Positions 38,064 through 47,392 are shown, numbered from the stretch's first letter. The stretch is DNA of 49,946 nucleotides from Thermodesulfobacteriota bacterium (GCA_030145085.1 JAQYWG010000003.1:1-49946); one strand, 5' to 3'. Notes: a model not told the origin generated them from the letters alone. Numbers and translations: made by a program.

Positions 38064-39557
38064 ATGCTAGAGAACTGGATTCTAGGGCTTAATCAGCTTA
38101 CGCAATGGCAGGTCTTGGTTGCCATTATTTTCGGAGTGGGCATGGGAATCGTCGTGGGGGCGATGCCTGGGCTAAGTGGCGTAACAGGTGTGGCACTGAT
38201 GATACCCTTCACGTACGTCCTCTCACCCATCGTCAGCGTGGTCCTACTGGTTTCGCTTTACAGCGCCGCCGAATACGGAGGTTCTATCACCGCCATCACC
38301 ATAAACACCCCCGGGACGCCATCCGCGGCCATTACCGCATTGGACGGTTATCCCCTCACGCAAAAGGGACAGACGGGGCGAGCATTGAGCCTTTCCATTA
38401 CATCGTCCGTATACGGGGGTCTCTTCAGCACGGTGATGCTCATCGTGTTCTCCATCCCACTCGCCCAGGTCGCTATTGCCTTCGGCCCTGTACAATATTT
38501 CGCCTTGGGCGTCTTTGGGCTTTCCATCATTGCCAGCCTCGCAGGTGGAAACTGGCTCAAGGGAGTGATTGCCGCCTTAATCGGCCTTTTGCTCAAAACC
38601 GTTGGCAGTGATCCTCTGACAGGCGCTTTTCGGTTCACCTTCGGGTGGCCACCGCTCTGGGACGGAGTGGCCTTCGTTCCGACAATGTTGGGCCTCTTCG
38701 CCATCACGGAGGTCCTTATTATCATCGAATCCGGGGCGAAAAGTCGGCTTATAAAAGGGGCTGCTTTCTCGACCGAACGTATGCCATGGCGGGAAATCCG
38801 AGGGCTCTGGAAGTGTATGCTCCGGTCCGGCGTGATCGGGACCGTGGTGGGCATCATTCCGGGCGCGGGGGCGGTCATGGGCAGCATCGTCTCATACAAC
38901 GAAGCTCGCAGATTCTCCAAAAAACCCGAAGAGTTCGGCCATGGGTCTCTGGAGGGCGTGTGTGCCGCCGAGACGGCAAACAATGGTGTTGTGGGCGGAG
39001 CCCTGGTTCCCCTCCTGACTCTCGGAGTGCCGGGATCTGGTAGTACAGCAGTTCTCCTCGGTGCCCTTATGCTCCACAATGTTGCGCCGGGGCCTCTCCT
39101 TTTTAGCAAACATCCGGACATCGTTTACGGTATCTTCATATCCCTCTTTCTGGCCAACATCGTCATGTTGGTTTTTGGCTTGGTAGGTGTCCGTTTCTGG
39201 TTAAAGGTGGTCCAGGTATCCCCTGCCGTCCTGGCGCCGCTGATCTTTGGGGTGGCCTTTATAGGGGCTTACTGCGTAGGGGGGAGCGTCGGCGATATAG
39301 TTGTTATGGTGGTGATTGGGTTAATGGGCTACGTTATGCGCAAGTTCAAATTACCCCTGGTGCCCGTGGTCATTGCGCTGGTGCTGGGCGAAATGGTGGA
39401 AATCTCTTTCCGCCGGGCTCTCATCATCTCCGGTGGGAGCTTCCTCGTCTTTGTCAAGGATCCGATCAGCTTGGGGCTCCTTATCGTGGCAGTCCTCTCA
39501 ATTGCATATGCCATTATTCGGGACGTACGTCCTTCTCAAACAAAACAGGCCCATTAG
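38064..39557 (+). CDS. tctA: Tripartite tricarboxylate transporter large permease (TctA family)
   Basis: 497 aa polytopic protein. GAMPGLSGVTGVALMIPFTY and PGAGAVMGSIVSYNEA motifs typical of TctA. Confidence 0.93.
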   Translation: MLENWILGLNQLTQWQVLVAIIFGVGMGIVVGAMPGLSGVTGVALMIPFTYVLSPIVSVVLLVSLYSAAEYGGSITAITINTPGTPSAAITALDGYPLTQKGQTGRALSLSITSSVYGGLFSTVMLIVFSIPLAQVAIAFGPVQYFALGVFGLSIIASLAGGNWLKGVIAALIGLLLKTVGSDPLTGAFRFTFGWPPLWDGVAFVPTMLGLFAITEVLIIIESGAKSRLIKGAAFSTERMPWREIRGLWKCMLRSGVIGTVVGIIPGAGAVMGSIVSYNEARRFSKKPEEFGHGSLEGVCAAETANNGVVGGALVPLLTLGVPGSGSTAVLLGALMLHNVAPGPLLFSKHPDIVYGIFISLFLANIVMLVFGLVGVRFWLKVVQVSPAVLAPLIFGVAFIGAYCVGGSVGDIVVMVVIGLMGYVMRKFKLPLVPVVIALVLGEMVEISFRRALIISGGSFLVFVKDPISLGLLIVAVLSIAYAIIRDVRPSQTKQAH

Positions 39558-39727
39558 AAAACAGGGGAGCTTTTGGAGGAAGCCGAAATGCACCAAGAAA
39601 GATGAATGAAGGAAGACTTGGCAAAAGTTTCTCATGATGATTTGCTGAAGTTCTCCCTGGTCTGTGCCGTTGTTAAGATAAGGATATCTCAGTAATCCAA
39701 AAATCAAGTAATAAGGAGGAGAAACCC

Positions 39728-40821
39728 ATGGATCACAAGGAGCTCGGGCTTGCGGTGGTGGGGTCGGGTCGTATCGGGACACTGCGCGCGAGCATGGCAG
39801 CAGCTCACCCGGCGGTTCGTTTCCTCGCTGTTTCGGATCTGGATCCCTCCCGTGCCCAAGCCCTTGCCGATAAAGTGGTTGCCAATTTTCTTCAGGTGAC
39901 AACCTCGAGGTTATTTCCCGGCCCGAGGTGAACGCGGTGATTGTCTCCACGCCCGAGAACGAGCACATGCTCCCTGTTCTTCAGGCCCTGGAGTTGGGAA
40001 AGCCCGTCCTGGTCGAGAAGCCCATCGCCATGAGCCTCGAGGATGCCGACCGGATACTGGGCGCAGCCAAGGAGGCAGGGGTCGAGCTCCGCGTCGGATA
40101 TAGTATGCGCTTCAAGCGGCGGTACCTTCTTGCTAAGGAGCAGATCCTCCAGGGTCGCTTGGGCCAGATCGTGGGGGGAACCGGTCGGGTCTATAACTCG
40201 CGCGCACAGGCATTTGAGATCTTAAAACGTTCTCCCAATGCCACGCCTGTCGTAGACGTCTTGACCTACTATGTGGGAATGTTCTGTTGGTGGTTAGAGG
40301 GTAATCCCCCGGTCGAGGTTGTGGCTCGTGGGCAAACAGGCATATTCAAGGCGGCGGGTTACAGTGCGCACGACGTGACCTGGGCCATCTTGACCTTCGC
40401 CGATGGCGCGGTGGTGAGCCTTGGCGTGGACTACGCTCTCCCGCAGAAATACCCGACACTCGGGCAGAGTGTCCGTTTGGAAATTCTCGGCACCGAAGGG
40501 GTGATGCTTTTTGATGCCGACTACAAGGATCAGGTCTTGTACACCGATCGGGGCATCCCGCGCAGCTATGTACCCGGGCTCGGCGTGAACATGGCTTTTT
40601 TGAGCAGTTCGTCCTCTGGGGACTGGGCTTTGGGTGATTTTTGGGGACCTCTTGCTAACGAGACCCGCGCCTGGCTCGACCACCTTTCGACGGGTCGATC
40701 TTGCGCCCTCGCCACTCCTGAGGAGGCTCGCGAGACCTTAGAGGTTACTCTCGCCATTGAGCGGTCTGTCCAAAGCAAGGAAGCGGTGAGGTTATCCCTG
40801 GGGGAGGGGGTTAGACAGTAA
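39728..40821 (+). pseudogene. Gfo/Idh/MocA-family NAD(P)-dependent oxidoreductase interrupted by a single frameshift (or an assembly error) at a T4 run
   Basis: ORF 39728-39931 carries the Rossmann GxGxxG (LAVVGSGRIGTLRA). ORF 39928-40821 continues in another frame with ..VIVSTPENEHM..VLVEKP.. That second frame is open back to 39874 and reads ..SSGDNLEVISRPEVNAVIVSTP. Adding one T at 39886-39889 fuses the two parts. Confidence 0.8.
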
Positions 40822-41055
40822 ATATAACAAAATAGGTTATCTTTCCTTAAATTCTGGAGTGACCCATGCCGGTAGCTGGTGGGGGAATGACAGGTTAATA
40901 TCAGATTTAATCCAAGCTTCAGGCTATTTGTGTCTGTGAAATGCTATAAGTCATTCATTTTGTTATTTCTGCTTCTTTTCCGTGCCTATGTGGTGGGGCA
41001 TGAAAGAGCTCTTTTCAGCGGTGGAAAAGAGTAAGCCAAACTGGAGGATATAATC

Positions 41056-41829
41056 ATGCAAAAGACCGCGGTCGATCTGAATTGTGATATGGGGGAGAGT
41101 TTTGGCCGGTACAAACTGGGGCTCGACGAAGAGGTCATCAAGCTGATTAGCTCGGCCAACGTGGGCTGTGGCTTTCACGGGGGCGATCCCCACGTCATGA
41201 GGGATACCGTAGCCCTGGCGAAAGAACATGGCGTAGGCGTGGGAGCACATCCGGGATTGCCCGATTTGCTCGGTTTTGGCCGGAGGGAGATGAAGGTTAC
41301 CCCCGAGGAGGTGAAAGACTATTTCATCTATCAGACCGGTGCCTTAAAGGCCTTTGTCGAAGTTGCGGGCATGAAACTGCAGCACGTGAAGATGCACGGT
41401 GCCTTGGACACAATGGCCCGGGCCGATGAAGAATTGGCGGGGGCCATGTGCGAAGCCACGAGGGAGATCAGCCCCGACCTTATATGGTTGGCCCACTCCG
41501 GGATGCTGACAGGGGAAATCGCACGGAACACAGGCCTCAAGGTCGTTCAGGAGGTATACGCGGATCGGGCCTACAACGCGGACAAAACCCTGGTCTCCAG
41601 AAAGCTTCCCGGTGCAGTCCTCAAGGATCCCAAAGAGATCGGTGCGCGCATCAAGCAGTTAATGGAAAGTGGTACGATAACCACCATAGATGGGAAAACC
41701 TTGGAACTGGAGTTCGATTCCATCTGCGTGCACGGGGACACGCCCGGCGCCTTGGAAATGATCCGAACGATACGGGGCATCCTGGATGACCATAATGTAG
41801 CTGTTAAGCCCATGGCGGAATTTATTTGA
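41056..41829 (+). CDS. pxpA: 5-oxoprolinase subunit A (LamB/YcsF family)
   Basis: N-terminus VDLNCDMGESFG.., 257 aa. Followed by pxpB and pxpC. Confidence 0.92.
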   Translation: MQKTAVDLNCDMGESFGRYKLGLDEEVIKLISSANVGCGFHGGDPHVMRDTVALAKEHGVGVGAHPGLPDLLGFGRREMKVTPEEVKDYFIYQTGALKAFVEVAGMKLQHVKMHGALDTMARADEELAGAMCEATREISPDLIWLAHSGMLTGEIARNTGLKVVQEVYADRAYNADKTLVSRKLPGAVLKDPKEIGARIKQLMESGTITTIDGKTLELEFDSICVHGDTPGALEMIRTIRGILDDHNVAVKPMAEFI

Positions 41830-41977
41830 CGCGCGCCGTCGATACCCGGAATTGAAGCTGTCAAGCCAAAAGGATATTTCTCCGCTTTCCGGAATATTGA
41901 GGCTCTGGTTAGGACGACAGAGAAGCTAGTCTGGTATTTGCTGGATGAGGCCAAAACAGTTCGTTCATGACCCAGCG

Positions 41978-42703
41978 ATGGATGATACATATCCCATAAT
42001 CAGGCCGGTTGGTGAGGACTCCATCCTCGTCGAATACGAGGAGGAGGTAAGCCTCGAAGTGAACCGTAAGGCTCGACAACTGGCCTTTGGTCTGGAACAG
42101 GCCTCATGTCCGGGCTTGGAGGAAGTCATTCCCACCTATCGTTCGGTGGTGGTCTATTTTGACCCGCTTCGTGTGGATTCGGAGGTCGTTCGGGGCCTCA
42201 TCGAGGAAGTCAACGCCCACCTGGTGGAGATCGAGTTGCCCTCGCCAAGGCTCTTTCGGATCCCGACGGTATATAACCGCACCCATGGGCCTGACTTGGA
42301 CCGCGTAGCCGAGTACACCGGTCTCACTCCGGATGAAGTGATTCAGCTCTTCTCGGTCCATGCGTACCCGGTGTATTGTCTGGGCTTTATCTGCAGTTTG
42401 GCTTATCTGGGCGGAGTGCCCGAAGCCCTGCACGTATCTCGGCTTCCCACGCCGCGTCCTTTTGTGCCCGGCGGTTCCGTCGGTTTTGCCGGGCCGCAGG
42501 CCAACATCCTGCCCGTCGACTCGCCCTCGGGCTTCAACTACATTGGCCGCACGTTCGTAGCGGTCTATGATCCACGCGAGTTTCCTCCCACCCCCATCAG
42601 GCCGGGCGACTATATTCAGTGTCCGGCCGTATCCGAAGGGGAGGCCAGGATGGCGGGGGAAAAGCACCTGGGAGAGTTCGTTGAAGGCTTTCAGAGTACT
42701 TAA
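41978..42703 (+). CDS. pxpB: 5-oxoprolinase subunit B (KipI / allophanate hydrolase subunit 1 family)
   Basis: ORF opens at 41945. ATG 41978 gives a typical N-terminus, MDDTYPIIRPVGEDSILVEY. Confidence 0.88.
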   Translation: MDDTYPIIRPVGEDSILVEYEEEVSLEVNRKARQLAFGLEQASCPGLEEVIPTYRSVVVYFDPLRVDSEVVRGLIEEVNAHLVEIELPSPRLFRIPTVYNRTHGPDLDRVAEYTGLTPDEVIQLFSVHAYPVYCLGFICSLAYLGGVPEALHVSRLPTPRPFVPGGSVGFAGPQANILPVDSPSGFNYIGRTFVAVYDPREFPPTPIRPGDYIQCPAVSEGEARMAGEKHLGEFVEGFQST

Positions 42704-43616
42704 TCCCGGTATTCAGACCACGATCCAGGATCTGGGCCGCTCGGATATGATGAAATACGGCATCCCCATATCCGGCGCCACGGACCGACGCTCTTTTCTG
42801 ATCGCAAACCTCTTGCTGCGAAACCGGGACAATGTGGCAGCACTGGAAACCACCCTGCAGGGATTTAAGCTTCAGGCCTTAAGGACGATCACCATCTCCA
42901 TTACCGGGGCCGATTTGGATCCCTGGCTGAATGACCAGCCCGCACACCAGTGGACCGCCTTTACGATGAAAGAGGATGAAGTGTTGCATTTTAGAAAACG
43001 GAGGAGGGGTCTTCGAGCTTACGTGGCGGTGCAGGGAGGATTTGATGTGCCGGTAATGTTGGGATCAAGATCGACGTACCTCAGGGGTCGCATCGGAACC
43101 CTTCTCCGCGAGGGGGAAACCTTGAATATTTGCCCCTCCGACTCGGAGGCATCTGAGGAGGGATTGACCATACCCCAGGAATATCGGCCCAATTTCGATT
43201 GGACCGATCCCATTCGAGTGCTGATGGGACCCCAGGATGATTGCTTTACGCCCTGGGGCATCGAAACCTTCCTGAATTCAACCTATCGTATTAGCCCTCA
43301 GTGCGATAGGCAGGGTTTTCGCACCGAAGGTCCGACGATTGAGATAGCCAAGGGACCAGACATTATTACCGATCCCATTCCTCCGGGTTCCATTCAAGTA
43401 CCGGGGGATGGGAAACCGATCATCCTCCTGAGAGATGCGCAGGTGACCGGCGGTTACGCCAAAATAGCGGTTGTTGCCCGGGTTGAGATGGATCGTTTGG
43501 GGCAAGTGATGCCCGGTGATACAATTCGTTTCCAGCGCGTGGACCGGCAAACGGCACTAAATCTTCTGCGTGAAGAGGCTCACCACCTGGATGAACTGAA
43601 GGCACTCCTAAGGTGA
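42681..43616 (+). CDS. pxpC: 5-oxoprolinase subunit C (KipA / allophanate hydrolase subunit 2 family)
   Basis: Family N-terminus ..FRVLNPGIQTTIQDLGR..GIPISGATD. No ATG nearby. TTG 42681 follows GGGAGAG by 4 nt and overlaps the pxpB end by 23 nt. The ORF-track start (42567) would add an unlikely overlapping extension. Confidence 0.85.
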   Translation: MKAFRVLNPGIQTTIQDLGRSDMMKYGIPISGATDRRSFLIANLLLRNRDNVAALETTLQGFKLQALRTITISITGADLDPWLNDQPAHQWTAFTMKEDEVLHFRKRRRGLRAYVAVQGGFDVPVMLGSRSTYLRGRIGTLLREGETLNICPSDSEASEEGLTIPQEYRPNFDWTDPIRVLMGPQDDCFTPWGIETFLNSTYRISPQCDRQGFRTEGPTIEIAKGPDIITDPIPPGSIQVPGDGKPIILLRDAQVTGGYAKIAVVARVEMDRLGQVMPGDTIRFQRVDRQTALNLLREEAHHLDELKALLR

Positions 43617-43772
43617 AGGCGCTTTCAAGACCGGGGTGATGCGTCCCCCGCAACACGGCTAACTTTTCTAGAGGGGCATGATGTCCTGATTCATGCTTGC
43701 TCGTGTTAACTTTTGTGTCGTACCATGGCATCAATTAAGACCTTCTCCGTACTGAAATCTCGGGAGAAGAAG

Positions 43773-45371
43773 ATGAAATGTCCTCAATGTCAATTTCAGA
43801 CGAGAAAGGATGAGAAATTCTGTGGCCGCTGCGGGAACCGATTGATCCTTGTCTGCCCCGGCTGTCGGTTTGAAAATCCCCTAAATTACAAATTCTGCGG
43901 GGAATGCGGCCTCAATTTCTCCACGGGCGAAAAGCCCAGCCCCCTTCCTTGGATGGCGAGAGTGGCCCCGGGCAAGAGAAGAGGATTCAGACCCCAACAG
44001 GGGCTTCAGAGTGCCAAAGTCGAAGCTCCCGAAGCGGAAAAACCCCCGCAAGAAGATTCCATGCCACCTCCAACAGTTCCCGAAGAGGTCTCCATCTCTG
44101 CCGCAGAAGTGAAGGTTGAGATCGCTGAGAAAAAAGCGGAGGCCGAAGGCATTGAAGAAAGGATCAGAGGGGAGGCAGAAGAGGTGATGGAGCCCGAGGA
44201 CATCTCCGAGGAGGAGACAGCAGAAAGGGTAGGTGGCCTCTCCTTCTGGAACAAGTTTGACCTGGGGGTCATCTCCCTTCTGACAATCATTTTGATGGTC
44301 ATCTGCTATGCCGATGCCCGGAGCCTTTTAGGGAAGTCCTTTACGGGATTTCAATTGCTGAAGAACCGCGGCGTTGTGGGAGGGCTCCGATCGGGGATGA
44401 AGCCCTTTGATCTCATCGAGGCGGTGGAGGGCAAAGAGGTAACGTCCTCTGCCGAGATTATGGAAATAGTCCGAAGCGTACCGCTCGGAACCACCCTCCA
44501 TTACACGGTGAAACGAAGGGCAGAGACGGTAAAGGTGCCGGTGAAGACGCACCCATTCAGCCCCCATGGCTTCTTCTGGACCATCGGGGTCCCCTTCATG
44601 ATTGGGATCGGTTACCTCTTGATTGGGATGATTACCTTCGTAAGGCAGTCCGCTGAGAAGAACCGATGGATCTTTCTCGTCCTCTGTATCACGGTCTTTA
44701 TAGTCCGCGTTACTAATTTCGATTTTTACTCGACTCATCGCTTCACCGAGCTGTTCCTCTTCTGCTGGGTTCTTATGACGGCCATCTTCTTTCATTTCGG
44801 GTTCACCTACCCCGAGGAGAAGGAATTCATCAAGAATAGGCGATGGTTTGTATCCCTTCCCTACTATGTTGCGGCCATTCTATTCATCGTCTTGATGGCC
44901 TTTTTCTACTCTCCGAGCGAGGAACTCATCCTCCTTATCGTTGCCATTTTCAGCTACCTCACGCTATCTTTTGTCGTATTGTTGGCTTCCCTCGTACATA
45001 GCTCTATCAGGGCTTCGTCTCCCATTAATCGGATGAGGGCGAAGGTGGTTTTCTTCGGTTGTTGCGGTCCCCTTATCCCCATCTTTTCAATCCTCATCTC
45101 CTATCTCTTCCGCGTGAACCTCGGCGTTTTCGCGGTCACCAGCCAAGCCTTTGCCCTCCTTTTTCCCCTCACCTTGGGATATGCCATAATCCGCCATCGG
45201 CTTTTCGGTGAGGGAGCGGAAGCCCCCACAGCAGGCACCTATAAATGTTCCTCTTGTGGCAATGAGATCCTGCTGAAGAAATCCCAGAAGATTCCCGTTT
45301 GTAACGCGTGCGGGGCAGGGGGTGCAAGGCTTTTCTGGTATAGGGTTGTCTGGAACATTATTGGAGTATAG
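43773..45371 (+). CDS. Multidomain membrane protein: double zinc ribbon, acidic linker, TM, PDZ-like domain, multi-TM sensor-like module, FmdB-like C-terminal zinc ribbon
   Basis: ATG 43773 after GGGAGA. N-terminus CPQC..CGRCG..CPGC..CGECG. PDZ-like GLRSGMKPFDLIEAVEGKEV..LHYTVKR. About 7 hydrophobic helices ending ..LTLGYAIIRHRLFG. C-terminus YKCSSCGNE..PVCNACGA. Confidence 0.7.
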   Translation: MKCPQCQFQTRKDEKFCGRCGNRLILVCPGCRFENPLNYKFCGECGLNFSTGEKPSPLPWMARVAPGKRRGFRPQQGLQSAKVEAPEAEKPPQEDSMPPPTVPEEVSISAAEVKVEIAEKKAEAEGIEERIRGEAEEVMEPEDISEEETAERVGGLSFWNKFDLGVISLLTIILMVICYADARSLLGKSFTGFQLLKNRGVVGGLRSGMKPFDLIEAVEGKEVTSSAEIMEIVRSVPLGTTLHYTVKRRAETVKVPVKTHPFSPHGFFWTIGVPFMIGIGYLLIGMITFVRQSAEKNRWIFLVLCITVFIVRVTNFDFYSTHRFTELFLFCWVLMTAIFFHFGFTYPEEKEFIKNRRWFVSLPYYVAAILFIVLMAFFYSPSEELILLIVAIFSYLTLSFVVLLASLVHSSIRASSPINRMRAKVVFFGCCGPLIPIFSILISYLFRVNLGVFAVTSQAFALLFPLTLGYAIIRHRLFGEGAEAPTAGTYKCSSCGNEILLKKSQKIPVCNACGAGGARLFWYRVVWNIIGV

Positions 45372-45410
45372 TCCCTGGATCAATAACGACGTAAACCGAG
45401 GTCGAAGGGG

Positions 45411-45616
45411 CTACCCACCGGGATAGAGGTGACGGACCTCCCCGTTTTCCAGAAGGTCCTTCGCATTTCCCTCGAATCGATTGTTTCCCATTTCCAGGAC
45501 ATAGCCGCGATGGGAATTCTCCAGGGCCTTGGCCGCATCCCTTCCACCATGAGGATTGAAGTTCCCCCCGCGTTGATTTTGAGGATGCTCCCGAAGACCG
45601 AATCGACCAAGGCATG
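45411..45616 (-). pseudogene. livF: Remnant of a LivF/BraG-type branched-chain amino acid ABC transporter ATPase (last ~68 codons only, with an internal frameshift)
   Basis: One frame reads VDSVFGSILKINAGGTSILMVEGM (compare ..IF..I..L..EG.TILLVEQNA). A second frame continues AAKALENSHRGYVLEMGNNRFEGNAKDLLENGEVRHLYPGG* (compare the LivF C-terminus ..ADRGYVLE.G....G....LL.N..V...YLGG). No Walker A/B or signature motif upstream; a stop closes the frame at 45617-45619. Confidence 0.7.
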
Positions 45617-45818
45617 TCAATACTCGTTTTTACCCGAAGGAGAAACCGCAGGTTCAGTCATAAAGGCGGGAAATTGAATACAATTATCGGGTTTTTTCGG
45701 TTTTTCGCAAAAGACTTAAAAAAACCTAAAAATTCCGAATATTGAATGATTTTAATAAATCGAGGGCGATATTGATTCCATACAACCTTTTAGAGGATCT
45801 CATAACGCATCAGCGGGC

Positions 45819-45848
45819 TTGACAGGGGAATATGTTGTTGGATAGAGT
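45819..45848 (+). promoter_or_regulatory. Candidate sigma70 promoter for the 45922-48682 gene set
   Basis: TTGACA 45819-45824, 18 nt, TAGAGT 45843-45848. Sits in an AT-rich 300-bp spacer. Confidence 0.45.
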
Positions 45849-45850
45849 TG

Positions 45851-45862
45851 ATTGTATACAAT
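45851..45862. promoter_or_regulatory. Perfect 12-bp palindrome ATTGTATACAAT immediately downstream of the -10; candidate GntR-family operator
   Basis: Self-complementary sequence with a GT..AC core, as is common in GntR-family operators. A GntR/FCD regulator is encoded at the end of the same gene string. Confidence 0.45.
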
Positions 45863-45921
45863 TTTCAAATTTCATCACGTGAGTGTGCTTCAATGCATCG
45901 TTTTCTGAACAGGGGGTTTTC

Positions 45922-46668
45922 ATGAAGGTCGACGAGAACAAGTGCATAGGCTGTAAGAGGTGCTTTCCCTACTGTCCTTTGGGGAGAATACAGATCCTCC
46001 ATCGACATCCAACTGCTCCGGGGAGGGTGTATATCGAGATTGACCAGGACAAGTGCACCGACTGTGGGATGTGTTTTCGGGCCAATGTATGTGCCGTTGA
46101 TGCCCTTTACCAACCGACCGAGCCGTGGCCTCGAGAGGTTCGTGCGGTCTTGAGCAATCCCCTCATCGAATATAAGGGGTCTCAGGTTCCGGGCCGTGGA
46201 ACCGAGGAGATGAAGACCAATGACGTCACGGGACGCTTCCTTCCAGGGGAGGTTGGAATTGGCATTGAGTTGGGGAGGCCGGGAGTAGCGACATCCTTCA
46301 GGGATGTTGAGGTCGTTGCCATGGCTTTGACGCCCTTAGGGTATGAGATGGCGGAGGAAAATCCGGTCACGCATTTTATGTCGGACAGGAAAACGGGGAA
46401 GCTTCGGGAAGACGTCCTTGATGAAAGGGCGACCTCCGCCATCATCGAGGGGAAGTGCAAGTTGGAGAACCTTGCTGAGGTTTTGGAGGCCATCAAGAAG
46501 GCCGCTGAGAAGGTTGACACGGTCTTTTCGGTGGAGATCATCTCGAAGGTACCCCCGAAGGGGGAGATCCCCATTATTCCTATTTTGGAGAGGTTGGGAT
46601 ACGAGTATTCCATCAACAGCAAGAACAACATGGGGCTGGGAGAGCCGGTATTCAAATTCCCTGAATAG
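45922..46668 (+). CDS. 4Fe-4S dicluster-domain protein with an uncharacterised ~190-aa C-terminal domain
   Basis: ATG 45922 after AGGGGG. Two ferredoxin-type motifs, CIGCKRCFPYCP and CTDCGMCFRANVC. I do not recognise the remainder. Confidence 0.8.
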   Translation: MKVDENKCIGCKRCFPYCPLGRIQILHRHPTAPGRVYIEIDQDKCTDCGMCFRANVCAVDALYQPTEPWPREVRAVLSNPLIEYKGSQVPGRGTEEMKTNDVTGRFLPGEVGIGIELGRPGVATSFRDVEVVAMALTPLGYEMAEENPVTHFMSDRKTGKLREDVLDERATSAIIEGKCKLENLAEVLEAIKKAAEKVDTVFSVEIISKVPPKGEIPIIPILERLGYEYSINSKNNMGLGEPVFKFPE

Positions 46669-46689
46669 GGCAAAGAACGGAGGCGAGCT

Positions 46690-47334
46690 ATGACGCACAG
46701 TTTACATCGAAGGGGTGACAGGGAGAGTCTCAAGGGGGATTTTGTGGTACTGGGTTGCCCCGCCACTGGCGTTAATAAGAAGGGATCGGCGCCCAAGACA
46801 AGGGAGTTCTTGCGTATCTGCTGGAAACATGGCCCGGTCAATTTGGGCGATATGAAGACGGGGAATACTCACAATACGACCATAGACGATATCCTGGACC
46901 GGGTAACCGATGGGACTATTGTCCAGTGCACCTTCGATAATCGGGAGAAGGTGGTTTCCTTGTTGAAGGAGTTGAAGGAGAAGAAGCCCGGGATTTCGGT
47001 GATTGTTTCCGGTGTTACCGATATTGTCCAGGGGATCATGGATGAGGCAGACCTGGGCCGGATTCACACGGTCGAGTACTCCATGGGCACATGGGGAAAG
47101 ACCGAGAGGTTGCCCGATTTTGAGGTGTTGAAGCTTACGACCATGTGTGGCCATGCCATGATAGCCAATGATCTTGTGGGAAAGTTGGTTCGGGATATCA
47201 AGCGGGGACGCAGAACACCGGAGGAGGCATCCCTGGAGATCGCCAAGTGCTGTACCTGCGGTAATTTTAACGTAACTCGGGGGACACAACTATTACGGGA
47301 AATGTTGCCATTATACATGATGAACCGATATTGA
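46690..47334 (+). CDS. Hypothetical protein; C-terminus resembles a BFD-like [2Fe-2S] module
   Basis: GGAGG 6 nt upstream of the ATG. 214 aa. C-terminus MCGHAMIANDLVGKLVRDIKRGRRTPEEASLEIAKCCTCGNFN, compare the BFD-like pattern CxC..(30-35 aa)..CGxC. The N-terminal ~150 aa are unrecognised. Confidence 0.65.
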   Translation: MTHSLHRRGDRESLKGDFVVLGCPATGVNKKGSAPKTREFLRICWKHGPVNLGDMKTGNTHNTTIDDILDRVTDGTIVQCTFDNREKVVSLLKELKEKKPGISVIVSGVTDIVQGIMDEADLGRIHTVEYSMGTWGKTERLPDFEVLKLTTMCGHAMIANDLVGKLVRDIKRGRRTPEEASLEIAKCCTCGNFNVTRGTQLLREMLPLYMMNRY

Positions 47335-47392
47335 GACGGCAATTGGTACCTTATATCCCAGGTAAATTCGGGAACGAAAGAAGGAGCTATAT

